A stretch of DNA of 57,639 bases, from NCBI RefSeq assembly GCF_001194135.2, contig NC_068997.1, positions 404,050 through 461,688 on the forward strand, written 5' to 3'. Origin of the DNA: Octopus bimaculoides (taxonomy: Eukaryota). Below, one piece after another: positions 1-12,853 of the stretch. The notes under the pieces were generated by a model, which made no database searches, was not told the DNA's origin, and saw nothing but the letters and a program-made list of their open reading frames with translations. Positions within the stretch are counted from its first letter, which is position 1. Each line of letters begins with the position of its first letter. Both the position numbers and the translations under genes were made by a program.

Positions 1-792
1 ATATATATATATATATATATATATATACTCACTTAGTACAGATAAAAATACACACACACATACTGAAACACACATACATACACCCATATGTGCATATATG
101 TACATACACGTGCACATGCACACACACACACAGATAAATATGGATATATAAAGAGAGAGAAAGTGAGTGAAAGAAAGAGAAAAGGAGCACACATACAAAT
201 ATTCACATATATATGTATGTACAGGTTCACATAACCTACATCCCCCTCCACACACACACCCATCTCCTCCCCACACACACCTATCTCCTCCCCACAAACA
301 CCCCACCACACATAAAGACACAGTTCTCAACATTGTTATACCTAGAACATGTGAACAGACAGATTCCGTTATGTGATGGTTACTGAAGAATAGAATTGAC
401 CATGGTAGGATTTGAGCTCAGGATATGAATAAAGGGACATGGCTTAATACCACACACACACAAGCAGTTATTCCACTCGCCCACTATCATAACTATTTGT
501 AACATAAGTACAAGGTCTGGAAATTTCGGGAGGGACCAGTTGATCAAATCAACCCCAGTACTTCATGGATACTTCATTTTATCGACCCCACTCAAAAAGA
601 AAAATGAATGTTAAAGCCGACTTCAGTGGGATTTGAATGTCAAATGTAAGAACTCAGAACACTTACTGCAAAGCCATTTGTCCAAAAACTTAACAGTTCT
701 GCCCAATCACCACCACCACTTTAACAGAAAACAATAATTATACCTAACATAGAAAGAAAGCCATCATCATCATTATTATTATTATTATTATT

Positions 793-1008
793 AAGGTAGC
801 GAGCTGGCAGAATCGTTAGCATTCTTGGAAAAATGCTTAGTGGCATTTTGTCCGTCTTTATGTTCTGGGTTCAAATTCCAACAGGGTTGATTTTACCTTT
901 CATCCTTTTAAGATCAATAAAATAAGTACCAGTTGAGTACTGGGGGTCGATATAATCAACTTTTCCCTCCCAAAAAATTACTGGCCTTGTACCAAAATTC
1001 AAAACTAT
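793..1008 (+). mobile_element. tRNA-derived SINE with Nin/Deu-like central domain (family 1)
   Basis: Head gcgagctggcagaatcgttagc...gttcaaattcc (A/B boxes), core cctttcatcctt...ataaaataagtaccagt and a (att)n tail. Other copies: about 505-715(-), 2385-2900(-, three in tandem), 9780-10007(-), 21322-21480(+), 29030-29215(-), 34790-34955(+), 46770-46870(-), 50215-50385(-) and 56735-56830(+). Confidence 0.8.
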
Positions 1009-1359
1009 TATTATTTTTATTATTATTGGTTGTTTACATGTATTTGCATCAGCTCTCAATGGTTTGATGAATTTTGTTGGAAATGACCTGATTACCTTCA
1101 TTAATTTTTGTTAGAACTTTAAATAAACCCCACTCCCACCCTGCCCAATTCCATAGTGAAGGCGGGGACTGCCAAATTGTACCTTAAAGGGCACAATTGT
1201 TATGATGCAATTTTTCCATACATCTGTTTTATTTTTTCTTTTATTTATTTTTGCTTCAAAATTATGGTGAGGTTAAAGCCTACAAATTGTGTGAATGAAG
1301 AGCTAGCAGGAGATGCTCCTAACAACTACCAGCTTCATCAGAGAGTGGAGGCTAGAAAA

Positions 1360-1620
1360 TACCACAACCATCTCCATCACCACCACCACCACCAACAACA
1401 ACAACGTTAACAAAATCAACGTAAACAACAGCTATGCTTGCAAAAGGGAGGAGAAAACAGTTATAATTCCAACTCACATACCAGCAAACAAAAGTAGTAG
1501 CAGCAACAGAAACCATCACCACCATCACCACAGCAACAAAAGCAGCAGTGACAACAGCAACAGCAGCAGCAGTGACAACAACAACAATAAGAAGAACAAG
1601 AACATTAATAACAAAGAAGA
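1360..1620. repeat. Compound CAC/CAA/CAG trinucleotide repeats
   Basis: Direct reading of the sequence. Confidence 0.85.
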
Positions 1621-3714
1621 CAGAGAGTTGTGGAGGCAAGTTCTTGGATAGACAATCTTTTGCTGGGTTGGCAGCATAAACAATGCAGTTCTTTAAGCTC
1701 TTATCAAGTGATAAGGAGAGAAAACACACAGAGAGGCTAAACGATTAGTGAAGCTGAATGGGAGAAGACCAAGTGAGGTCTTAGCAGCAATGGCCAGAAA
1801 GAGGGTCTCCACTTGCTGTATGTGGGCTAAAACCTGACAAGCCCAGATGGTAAGAGCCCTGGAAGAAATAGGAGCAGATATAGATCACGTGTCAAAGGCA
1901 AGACAATTCAAGAGCATGGAGGTCCTCTTCAAGAGTGAGGCATTCATATTGAATCACTCCATAGCTTCTCTACATGTAAGAGAGTTTACCCCTTACCCAC
2001 TCTGTTTAGCAATGAGGACCTTTTGAGTTAAGATAGAAAGAGTTCCACCTGGGTTGGACATCTGATGGTCGCTGGCCTGTGTCACTCTGAAGGGTAGTGA
2101 AACACTACTTGAAGAGGGAGTTTTGGTTTAGGGCCACAGTGGAGATCCTCCTCCTGATCAAACCAAAGGAGGTGGAGAAGATTGCAGACTTAATCCACCA
2201 GTACAGTGGAGTAGAGCTGCAAATTGCAGTTGGGAGCAGACTCAAGGTTTCCTGCTCTTAACAAAAAAAAAAAACAGATGAAAGGTGGCTCCCACTACTG
2301 CCAACACTACAGTTCCAACAACAGCGAAAGTGTACAGCAATAGCAGCAACAGCACTAGTAACAGCAAAGCAGTTGTTAATTGACTCGTACTTTATATTCT
2401 TTTCTGCTCTAGGCACAAGGCCCGAAATTTTGGGGGAGGGAGTCAGTTGATTAGATCGACCCCAGTATGCAACTGGTACTTAATTCATCAACCCCAAATG
2501 GATAAAAGGCAAAGTCAACATTGGTGGAATTTGAACTCAGAACATAAAGACAGACGAAATACCACTAAGCGTTTCACCTGGCATGCTAATGTTTCTTATT
2601 TCTTTATTGCCCACAAAGGGCTAAACATAGAGGGGACAAAGGGATTAAGTCGATTACATCAACCTCAGTGCATAACTGGTACTTAATATATTGACCCCGA
2701 AAGGATGAAAGGCAAAGTCGACCCCAGCAGAATTTGAACTCAGAATGTAGCGGTAGATGAAATACTGCTAAGTATTTTGCCCGGCGTGCTAACGTTTCTG
2801 CCAACTCGCCGCCTTACTTGTACTTAATATTATTAACCTGGCAGTGATGAAAGGCAAAGTTATCCTCATCAGGATTTGAACTCAGAATGTAAAGAGCCAT
2901 CAAGATTTTGCTGATGTGATAATCTATTTTTAGACTTACATTGTAGAGTAGGTGTGAAAGGCCAGATCTGGCTAATTTTAAAACAGGTAGAATATTTAGA
3001 CTAGATATAGCTAGTTTCAATACTGACAGGTCAATTCTTTTGATACCATAAAACCTGATATTGTGATACAAACTTCCTGCTTTGAAGTAACCTAAATTAC
3101 AACTTTCCATCAAGATTTCATGTTAATTCATATTCTAAATACCAGATCAATAATGATAAAATTTATTATACTAAACTCTTCATTGTGTTCAAAATTATTT
3201 AATACGGTGGCAGTATATTTCAACAGAAATATGTTAAGAAAAGGGTTAAATATTAATATAATTGGTTTAAAATGAAGACAATGATCTAATATGAACTGCT
3301 GCCAGACATTATACACAGGCAAGTTTTTCTAAGGAAATGCCAGCTGTTTCATGTATCAAATTACTTTTACCACGTTACCTCTGTTATTGCATTATTACTA
3401 GTACAAGGTTATTCATCTTCACACACCAGCAAATTAACATTTTTTTAATTGCAGTAATCTTCCTTTTATATATTTATTCTTGAAATATTAGTAAGATGCA
3501 CACACTAATTATATCTGCATTATAGTGCACCACCAAGGTTAGTGAATTGTGGCATTAGAGCCATTGTTACTGCTACTGTTGTTGTCGGTGCTGTTTAACC
3601 CTAGATCATCCCTAATTGGATAGACATGGAATGAAAGGCATTCCAGTTGTGATCACCCAGTCTTTTTTGTGTGTATACAATCATAAAATAACCTATCCAA
3701 TCCTCTAATGTCAC

Positions 3715-4115
3715 TACCAACTGTGGCTGTGTGGAAAGAAGTTTGCTTCTAACCACATAGTTCTGGGTTCAGTTCCACTGTGTGACACCTTGGGCAAGTG
3801 CCTCCAACTATAGCCTTGGGCCAACCAAGGTCTTGAGTGGATTTGATAGATAGAAACTGGAAAAAACCCATTGTGTATGTGTGTATGAGTGTATATGAAT
3901 ATATGTATGTGTCTCTGTCTGTCTTTGTGTTTGTCTCCAATCACCACTTGACAACCAGAGTTGGTTTGTTGACATCTGCATAATTTAACATTTTAGCAAG
4001 AAAGACCAATAAAATGTATACCAGGCTTAAAAAAAAAGGACTGTGGTCAACATGTTCAACTAAACCCTTCAAGGCAGTACCCCAGCATGGATGCAGTCCA
4101 ATGAAACATGTAAAA
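3715..4115 (+). mobile_element. tRNA-derived SINE family 2 (gtggctgtgtggtaagaag...accttgggcaagtg...)
   Basis: tRNA-like head and ggcaagtgtcttctactatagcc core. Other copies: about 22150-22420, 35783-36000, 37175-37470, 37500-37650, 43320-43470(-), 44235-44340, 46330-46515(-) and 53290-53420(-). Confidence 0.75.
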
Positions 4116-4123
4116 GATTATAC

Positions 4124-4178
<55 letters not shown>

Positions 4179-4309
4179 AATTTGCAAACAGTACTGAAAG
4201 AACTTTAACTAATAAACAACCAATTGATTGATTAACCAGCACATTAAACAAATGATCATTTAATTAGTTGCTGTGCCAAAGGAGAGACATTAAAGCAATA
4301 TTGTTAAGA

Positions 4310-4760
4310 CATGCACTGGTTCAATTCCACTCTTTTATTATCATTCAACTGGTTCAATGTCCAACTAACTAATCGGTTGAAGGGTTTAGTTGAACATATT
4401 GATCCCAGTAAGTCGTTTACTTTGTTAAACAAACAAACAATTAGTTAATTGGATATTTAACCAGCTGACTAATAATAAAGGAGTGGAACTGAACCAGTGC
4501 ATGCATTAATATTGGCATAGTGACTCTGCCTAGACACAATAAAATTTGTTCCAACACTCAAATTCACATAAAGAATGTTGCAAACCAAATGCAAAAACAA
4601 ATTAGTTAGATAGTTAACCAGTTGACTAACAATAAAGAAGTGGAATTGAACCTCTGTGTGTGCATTACTATTGTTGGCACAATGACTCTCACAAGACGCA
4701 ACAAAATTTGTTTCAACAAATAGACATCAAGAATCTTGCAAACCAAATACAAAGATGAAA
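4310..4760. repeat. Inverted repeat (4310-4373 / 4440-4503) plus about 160-bp direct duplication (4440-4600 / 4600-4760)
   Basis: 56 of 64 positions in the arms are complementary. The right arm is then repeated in tandem. Confidence 0.8.
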
Positions 4761-7511
4761 TGTATATACACACACACACACACCAAAAATAAAACCAGTA
4801 AATGAATAAACAATACAAATAAATATATAAAAATAGAGTTAATTCAATGGTTTATGTAACAGGGGAAGCTCTCTGAGTTTACTGACAGCTTGTCTTCTCA
4901 GGATGGTTATTCCTGAAAGGTCGTAGTAACAAATAGTGAAGAATTTATCTGGAAGTTATTGAGGGTGAAGATAATAATAGAATGGTGTTTATCACCGAAA
5001 TGATAGAATGTACGAGTTCTTAAAGTTTAGGGTTTGGATGTTTATTATGTTGTCCTTCATCTCCAGACATAATTGGATGTGTTTTATAACAGGAATTGGT
5101 GAAGGATAAACCACTCACTATCTATGTATACAAATATACATACACACACACATACTTATTTTTAGATTATTTAAAATGTGTAACTTATACGTTAAGGAAT
5201 TTTGTACACTACCTCCACTCACTCTCTTTTTCTCTCTCACATACACACACACACCCATACATGCACACACTCACACTTGCACAAACATACAAACATATTC
5301 ACACTTGCTCTCTTTCACACACACACACACATTCTCCCCACACAGTCACATCCACTCACACACATACTGATCTCCACACTCACACACAAATACTTTCATT
5401 ATCCTCGACATTTTACATGCACTTTTCCGTTCCAACCAATGTTGGATGGGGGAGGGTGATTGTTGAATTAAGGGCAGTCTTGGATGGTTTGATAGTAAAA
5501 AGATAAAGGTGTCCAGGTGCATCACAAAATGATGTATGAGAACACAGACATGTGCTACAAATTACACAGATGAGTATGTGGGGAGAGGATGGGACAGGGT
5601 GCGTGTGTGAGTGTGCATCAAATTAAACCTTCTTCATCATCATCATCATCATCATCACTGTCATTGTTGGGATCATTTTGATGTTTACATTTCTTTGCTT
5701 GCACAGGTCAGGTGGAATTTACTGAGGTAGTTTTTCTATGACTGGATGCCGTTTCCTAATACTAACTACTTTACAATGTACTGGATGCTTCTTTTGTGAA
5801 GTCATTAAGTAACTTGTAAGATAAAAACATGACCCATGACTGAATGAGGTTTTTAGTGGGGGGGGGGCAGATTCTACACCAGGTATTGAGAGGCTAAAGC
5901 ATGATGGAGGGATAGGCATGGGTGTCTTACTATTAAGGAAATATGCAACTACACCATACTACATAAGGGTGGATGTAAGCAGCTAGAAAGCAAAGATGGT
6001 GGTGTCAAGATGTCAGAGCGTATTTTCAAGATAGAAGGTGAGTATCAGAGAGAATATGGAGAAAGGATCAGAATGGGAAGGTGACAAGTTTGTGAGAGTG
6101 TAAGAGAGCGACACATGGTTAGACATGGAGATAGAGATGAATGTAGTGAATGCTGAATAAAAGCAGAGGTGTGGTTGATGGTAAATATCAATATAGGAAA
6201 GAGAAAAGAAATAGGAGTGGCCCAAGAAGGAAGAAATGGTGAGAGGCATCACAGGAAGGAAGGAGAGCAGCAACGCCATAAATCTGTCAGCAGATGAGAA
6301 ATAGTGAGATGATGTAATGGGGAGGGGAAATGGAAGGAGAGAGAGGGTCAGCGATGGGGATATGTACAGTGACAGAGATGGAGGTTTGAGTTATGTAAGG
6401 GTGGATATACTGAGTAGGGAATAAAAGTGGTGGTGAGCCATTGATAGAAGATATGAGAAGGTAAAGATGAGGTATGACAGTCCCAAGATGTGGCTCAGGA
6501 AACAATGTGAGATAACAGGGAGGCATAGAAAGATGTGATCAGTGGAAAATAAAATGGAAAGGGATGATATTAAGAATGAAAGATGAATGTTAAAAGGAAG
6601 TGGTTCCAAGAAGAGGTGAGTAAATGGTAGCAAAAAAAAAAATAAATAAAATAATGAAATATGTGGAATTCTGCTCTCATCTGATTATAGTAGCTAACTG
6701 AATAGTATTGTAGTAGAAGAGTGATGAAAAGAAGGATGTTAGGAAAATGAGATGTAGGGAAGGCTTCACTGGGATAGACTGTGTGCAGTGACAGGGCCCA
6801 CTGGGTGGGTGGCCATAAACATACTGATCTTAAGGCCTTGCCTTTGCCATGACTGCAGGGTTTTCTCAAACACAGCGAATTGCCAGTTATATTGATGAGG
6901 CTCCATATCCCGAGATCAGCCTTCACTACTTCATCTCACGTCTTCCTGCAGCTTACCTACAATCCATATAATGTCCCATGTATCATGAAAACCTACAGCT
7001 GGATGCCTTTCCTAATGCCAACCATTCCAAGAGTGTAATGGGTGCTGTTGCATACCACTGACATGGGTACCATTTGCGTGACACCATTATCTGCCATGGC
7101 TGCAATTTTACTTGGCTTGATGGGTCTTCTTCTCAAATATGGCATAATGTCAAAGGCCTCGATCATTCATCATTACCTTAGTGAGGCCCAACACTTGAAA
7201 GGTGCTTTTTACATGCTACCAGCATGGGTACCAGTTACACATCACCAGCACCAGCCATAACTACAAATTCACCTGGCTTCACGGGTCTTCTCAAGCACAG
7301 CATATCACCAAAGGTCTCAGTCACTAGTCATTGCCTCTGCGAGGCCCAAAATTCGAAGATCAGGCTTCACCAACTCTCCCCATGTCTACCTTTACCACAG
7401 GTTCCCTCCACAGTTAGAAATTGGCACTTCTTTACACAGCTGTCCTCATCCATATGCATCACATAATCAGTGCATATAATATTTATATACACATTCCTAC
7501 ATATTTGCATG

Positions 7512-7571
<60 letters not shown>

Positions 7572-8469
7572 TGTGTCCAAACCATACCAGCATGGAAATT
7601 GGATGTTAAGTGAAGGTGATGATGGATGATATATGATGGATGTATGCATGTGTCTGTTGGGACGTTTGTGTTTATCTGTGGTGTTCATTTGTTTATATCC
7701 AAGTAACTTAGAGGCTCATTTAGAAGCCAAATTTAAAAGTACTGGAGAAGATTTGATCAACAATACACCCCAAGGTGGCATTCCAGCGTGATCGTAGACC
7801 AATGACTAAAACCAGTAAAAAGGTTAAAGAGTCATATGGGAAAATACAAAAAGAGAAAAATTCTTCCTTGATTCTGTCCTTTTGTAATTTTTTCACAATC
7901 GGGGGGAAACCAGAAGTAGTTGATAGCTTCCGTTACCTAGGTGACCAAGTCAGTAGCATGGGTGGATGCCCTGAGAATGTAGCTCCTAGAATAAGAATAG
8001 CCTGGGCAAAGTTCAGAGAGCTCCTACCTCTGCTGGTAACAAAGGGTCTCTCGCTCAGAGTAAAAGGCAGACTGTATGATGCATGTTTGTGAACATGAGC
8101 TGTGACTGCTGAGGAAATGCGTAGGCTTGAAAGAAATGAAGCTAGAATGATCCACTGGATGTGTAATGTCAGTGTGCATACACGACAGAATGTAAGCACC
8201 CTGAGAGAAAAGGTGGACATAAGAAGCATCATATATGGTGTGCAAGAGAGATGACTGCACTGGTATGGTCATGTGTTGCAAATGGATGAGGACAGCTGTG
8301 TGAAGAAGTGTCACACAGTTGAGGGAACTTGTGGAACAGGTAGACCCAAGAAAACCTGGGATGAGGTGGTGAAGCATGACCTTTGAACATTGGGCCTCAC
8401 AGAGGCAATGACAAGTGACTGAGATCTTTGGCAAGTGAGATTGTAGCCATGGCCAGTGCCGCCTGACTG

Positions 8470-9085
8470 GCTGCTGTGCCAGTGGCACGTAAAAAGCACC
8501 TTTCAAGCATGGTCGATGCCAGTGTTGTTTGATTAGCCTCCATTCCAGTGGCACGTAAAAAGCACCTTTCAAGCATGGCCGATGCCAGTGTTGTTTGATT
8601 AGCCTCCATTCCAGTGGCACGTAAAAAGCACCTTTCAAGCATGGCCGATGCCAGTGTTGTTTGATTANNNNNNNNNNNNNNNNNNNNNNNNNNNNNNNNN
8701 NNNNNNNNNNNNNNNNNNNNNNNNNNNNNNNNNNNNNNNNNNNNNNNNNNNNNNNNNNNNNNNNNNNNNNNNNNNNNNNNNNNNNNNNNNNNNNNNNNNN
8801 NNNNNNNNNNNNNNNNNNNNNNNNNNNNNNNNNNNNNNNNNNNNNNNNNNNNNNNNNNNNNNNNNNNNNNNNNNNNNNNNNNNNNNNNNNNNNNNNNNNN
8901 NNNNNNNNNNNNNNNNNNNNNNNNNNNNNNNNNNNNNNNNNNNNNNNNNNNNNNNNNNNNNNNNCGATGCCAGTGTTGTTTGATTAGCCTCCATTCCAGT
9001 GGCACGTAAAAAGCACCTTTCAAGCATGGCCGATGCCAGTGTTGTTTGATTAGCCTCCATTCCAGTGGCACGTAAAAAGCACCCA
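8470..9085 (+). repeat. 66-bp tandem repeat in the RTE 3'UTR, spanning an N gap
   Basis: Unit cgatgccagtgttgtttgattagcctccattccagtggcacgtaaaaagcacctttcaagcatggc starts at 8514, 8580 and 8646 and resumes at 8965. Confidence 0.9.
8668..8964. other. Assembly gap (N run)
   Basis: N bases. The other gaps are at 19474-19831, 23164-23546 and 24985-25194. Confidence 1.
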
Positions 9086-9213
9086 TTACACTCTTGGAGT
9101 GGTTGGCATTAGGAACGACATCCAGCTGTAGAAACTCTGCCAGATCAGATTGGATCCTGGTGCAGCCTCAGTCAAACCATCCAACCCATGCCAGCATGGA
9201 AAGCAGACATTAA

Positions 9214-9255
<42 letters not shown>

Positions 9256-11424
9256 CTGCAGGAATGCCAGTTCCCATATTCCTTCCCTTGTCTGTTGACT
9301 CTCTCTCTCTCTCTCTCTCCCCCTCTCTCTCTCACGTACATGCGCTTTCTCACTCTCTATTATCCACATCATCTAGTTCTCTGAAAGACAGATAGAATTC
9401 AGGCTGTGATTATTTGTTACATTCTTCATCTGCTCAATATTCTTAAAGAGTCAGCTAACTCAGGAATTCATCTGTTCTGCTGTCTATTTTTACCTTCTGA
9501 CAAAATTCAGCTACCACCATCACAGCTCAAGGAGCCATGCACTCTGTTAATGAATGTTCAAATATCTTATTGACGCATGATGTCTACAGACATCATCATA
9601 ATCAACAATAATATTTAATGTCCTTTTTTCCATGCTAGCATGGGCTAGACAGCTTGACAGGAGCTGGTAAGGCCAGGCTCCGTAGTCTGTTTTGGATTGA
9701 TTTCTACAGCCTGATGCCCTTCCTGACCCCAACTACTTCACAAAGTAGAGGAGGTGCTTTTTATGTGGCACTCACCAGTTTGGTTTTTATTCTTTTCTAC
9801 TCTAGGCACAAGGCCCAAAATTTTGGGGGAGGGGGGCCAGTCAATTACGTCAACCCCAGTATGCAACTGGTACTTAATTTATCGACCTTGAAAGGATGAA
9901 AGGCAAAGTCAACCTCGGTGGAATTTGAACTCAGAACATAAACACAGATGAAATACCTCTAAGCATGTCGCCCGGCGTCCTCACATTTCTGCCAGGTTGC
10001 CGCCTTCCAGTTTGGTTTTTATGTGGAACCAACACCAACATGCTTTTCACATGGTACTAGCACCCACACTAATGTTTTTTACCTTAATAAATGCCATTCT
10101 GATTTCTTGATTACCATTAAATAAATACACCTCATCAAAGTGTTTCCTCATTTTAGAAAATGTTAAGATCAAGTTAGTTATGAATGACCAATCTATGCAA
10201 GCTTACAGCTTTAAGAATTTGAATTTCTTACAAATATTCCCAAACGTTACTTTGGTGCAATTTGCAGCACATCATTAACACTTTTGAGGCTTTATCTCTT
10301 TTGAAATATGCTACCTTTGTTTCAGTTGATTTTCAAAGTAATGAAGAATTTTGTAAATAGAGCATGTTCATTGTTAACCTTTACATTACTATACTTATAT
10401 TGAAATACACTGCCTTTGGTTTTATTAAGAAAAAATTTGAAGAATTTAGTAAAATAACTTTCTCATTTATAGGCTTGTGTTTTTATAACATAAATTAACA
10501 TGAAATTTTAAAGGAAGGTTTTAATTTAGATCACTTTAAAACAGAAAGTTTTGTATCATAGAAATGGGGATTGTCTTAGGCAGGTTTGTACCAAAGGGTT
10601 TAAGAATATTTTCAAAGGTTACTTTGGTGCAATTGGCAATATATTTGTTCACTTAGTAATCACTTTATAGAGTATACTCAGTACTTTGTATTGGGGTGCC
10701 AGCACTAATGAGGTTGGCTTCTATCCCATATTGCTATCTATCTTATCTGCATGTGTATATTTCTGAAAATACGTGAGTGTGTATTTTCCTCCAGTGTCAA
10801 AACATATTGTTGCCATAAGAGGCTTAACGTCCAGTCTATCATGCCAAATCTTCAGTGTCCAAAGAACAACATTCCAGGGTGAACAACAGAGCGAGCAATG
10901 ACAAAACAAGACTGGGGACAGGATACAATTTGAAGAAGTATAACAAAACTGATTGAAGAGGGAAAGGGAACCAGGTAGAAGAAGCAGAGCAGAGTGAACC
11001 AGGTAAAGGTGGATAAACATTTATAAATAAACCAGATAATTATTATCTACAATAATAGTATTATCAATATTTAGCCATAAATAAATACAAATTTTTAAGA
11101 AGGGTTAAAAACATTTTGCTGACAATGGGAGGAGAGAAAGGTTATTGTCAACTAACCAATTTCTGATCTTACTTCTAATGAGAAATACCTGGTTTATATG
11201 GGATTTCATTAATTTTTCAAATGGATCAAGAGTTTATCTTTGACCTGTTTTCAGTCACTGGACTGTGGCCATGCTGGAGCACTGCCTTAAACAATTCAAC
11301 CCCAGTACTTATCATTTTTTTGCAATTTGGTATTTATTCTATCAGTCTCTGTTACTGAACTGCTAAGCTATGAGGATGTAAACAAACGAACATGATGATG
11401 GGTGACAAACACACACACACACAT

Positions 11425-11830
11425 CAATCTGGTGGCCACACAAGCCAGAAGGACTATGTTCTCACCAGAAAGCAGGAGAGATAGTTGCTCATAAATGCAA
11501 AGACCTTCCCAGAAGTATGTACTCCTCAACATAGGTTAATTTTCAGATTTCAGATTAAAAAGGACACCAAGAAAGAATCCAGTCGAGGAAAGGAAGATAT
11601 GAAAGCTTAAGGATCCTTTGAATAGTCAGAAATTTAGAGATGTCTTAATTGAAGCATTTGTCAAGAAGCAGGAGATGTGTAAGATAGAGGACAACTGAAA
11701 GCCCCAATAGTATAGCCTACAAAGGGCCAGAGATCAATTTTGTGACTGGTGCAAAGTTCTAGCCAGGCCTAGGGAGACATGGTGGTGAACCAGTGGGGTA
11801 GAGAGTGCCACTAGAGCAAAGCAACAGCCA
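11425..11830 (+). mobile_element. RTE LINE endonuclease C-terminus/linker remnant
   Basis: Degenerate SGGHTSQKDYVLTRK...INAKTFP...CTPQHRLI...KLKDP...ARPRETWW. Confidence 0.6.
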
Positions 11831-12628
11831 TATGCATCACTAACTATACCAGCAAAATCTTCTCTCTTGCACACTACACATTACATCCAAGTGTAAGTAG
11901 CATCTCTCATTTGGTGGAGCAACCACCAAATATATATACATACACATAAAGGACCAAGATGTCTGGTGCTTTGCTGTTCGCATTAAGACCCTTCCACTAT
12001 AGCAGAAGTGATATTGGTGCTGGTGCCACGTAAAAAGCACCCAGTACACTCTGAAAAGCAGTTGTTGTTAAGAAGGACATCCAGCCATAGAAACCATACC
12101 AGAACAGACGATGAAGGCCTGCTTCATCCCCTGACCTTACCAACTCCTGTCAAACCATCCAACCCATGCCAGCATGGAAAACCGATGTTAAATGATGATG
12201 ATGATGATGATGATATACACACACACACACACGTGTACATACATGTGTGTGTGTGTTCCCTGCTATGCCCACCTTACTGCCTTAACAACTTACATCCTCC
12301 CATCTCACTTTGTATCTTCACACTCAAACTTCATGCCATGACTCTCATCTCTTCATCACTCATAATCTCCACATTTGTTATCCATGTCCTGCTATTTCTA
12401 GCAACCAGCATACTTTCTCCTGGGTTCACTTCTGTTGCCATCCAACTCCTCCTCTCTTTATCTCACTACCCACACCGTTACATTTCTGGGATCCCATCTA
12501 GCCTTTCTTTTTCTTACTGCACTTGCTGCACCCACCTACAGTTTACTTCCTTACTTCACTGCTCCTCCATCTGGGATGCTTTTGCTGTATTCCCACTCTG
12601 CTCTCCTCCTTCTCCCTACCTCTCTTCC

Positions 12629-12853
12629 AATGTTTATCCCCATTTAAATGCGGACGTTCTGTTAGAACAAACTATACTGCAGTAGATGCCATGAGAGAAA
12701 GTCTCATATTGGCTTTTGCTGCAAAACGCACTCTTGTTTCTAGAAACAAGACTGCATTCTGCACCAAAAGCCAATATGGAAGATTCTTCCATGGTATCTA
12801 CCAGACTATAGTTTGTTCTAACAGAACATCCACATTTCAGTGAGATAAACATT
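12629..12853. repeat. About 225-bp imperfect palindrome centred on cttgtttc-tagaaacaag
   Basis: The left arm aligns with the reverse complement of the right arm over about 112 bp (roughly 80% by eye) with no loop. Confidence 0.9.

Larger units (their letters stand above)
7897..9255 (+). mobile_element. RTE-clade LINE 3' portion with 3'UTR and (GAT)n tail
   Basis: EVVDSFRYLGDQVS...[31 protein letters not shown], then RRLERNEARMIHWMC, WYGHVLQMDEDSCVKK and [15 protein letters not shown]. It ends in a (gat)n tail at about 9215-9255. Confidence 0.85.

Noticed and set aside
793-880. tRNA genes (tRNA-like heads at many sites)
   Set aside because: The A/B-box-like heads run directly into SINE bodies and lack a complete cloverleaf.
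1203-1211. Canonical ATF4/CARE motif TGATGCAAT
   Set aside because: It is 23 kb from the GPT start, and a single 9-mer in 57 kb of AT-rich DNA is unremarkable.
1660-2270. Possible CR1/L2/Jockey-type LINE remnant (also about 6780-6960, 16520-17100, 52470-52830, 55900-56350)
   Set aside because: These look TE-derived but are too degenerate for me to assign motifs reliably without a database search.
12523-12852. Pair of similar ORFs on opposite strands (CGRSVRTNY / CGCSVRTNY)
   Set aside because: The similarity follows directly from the DNA palindrome. There is no start or splice context suggesting coding function.
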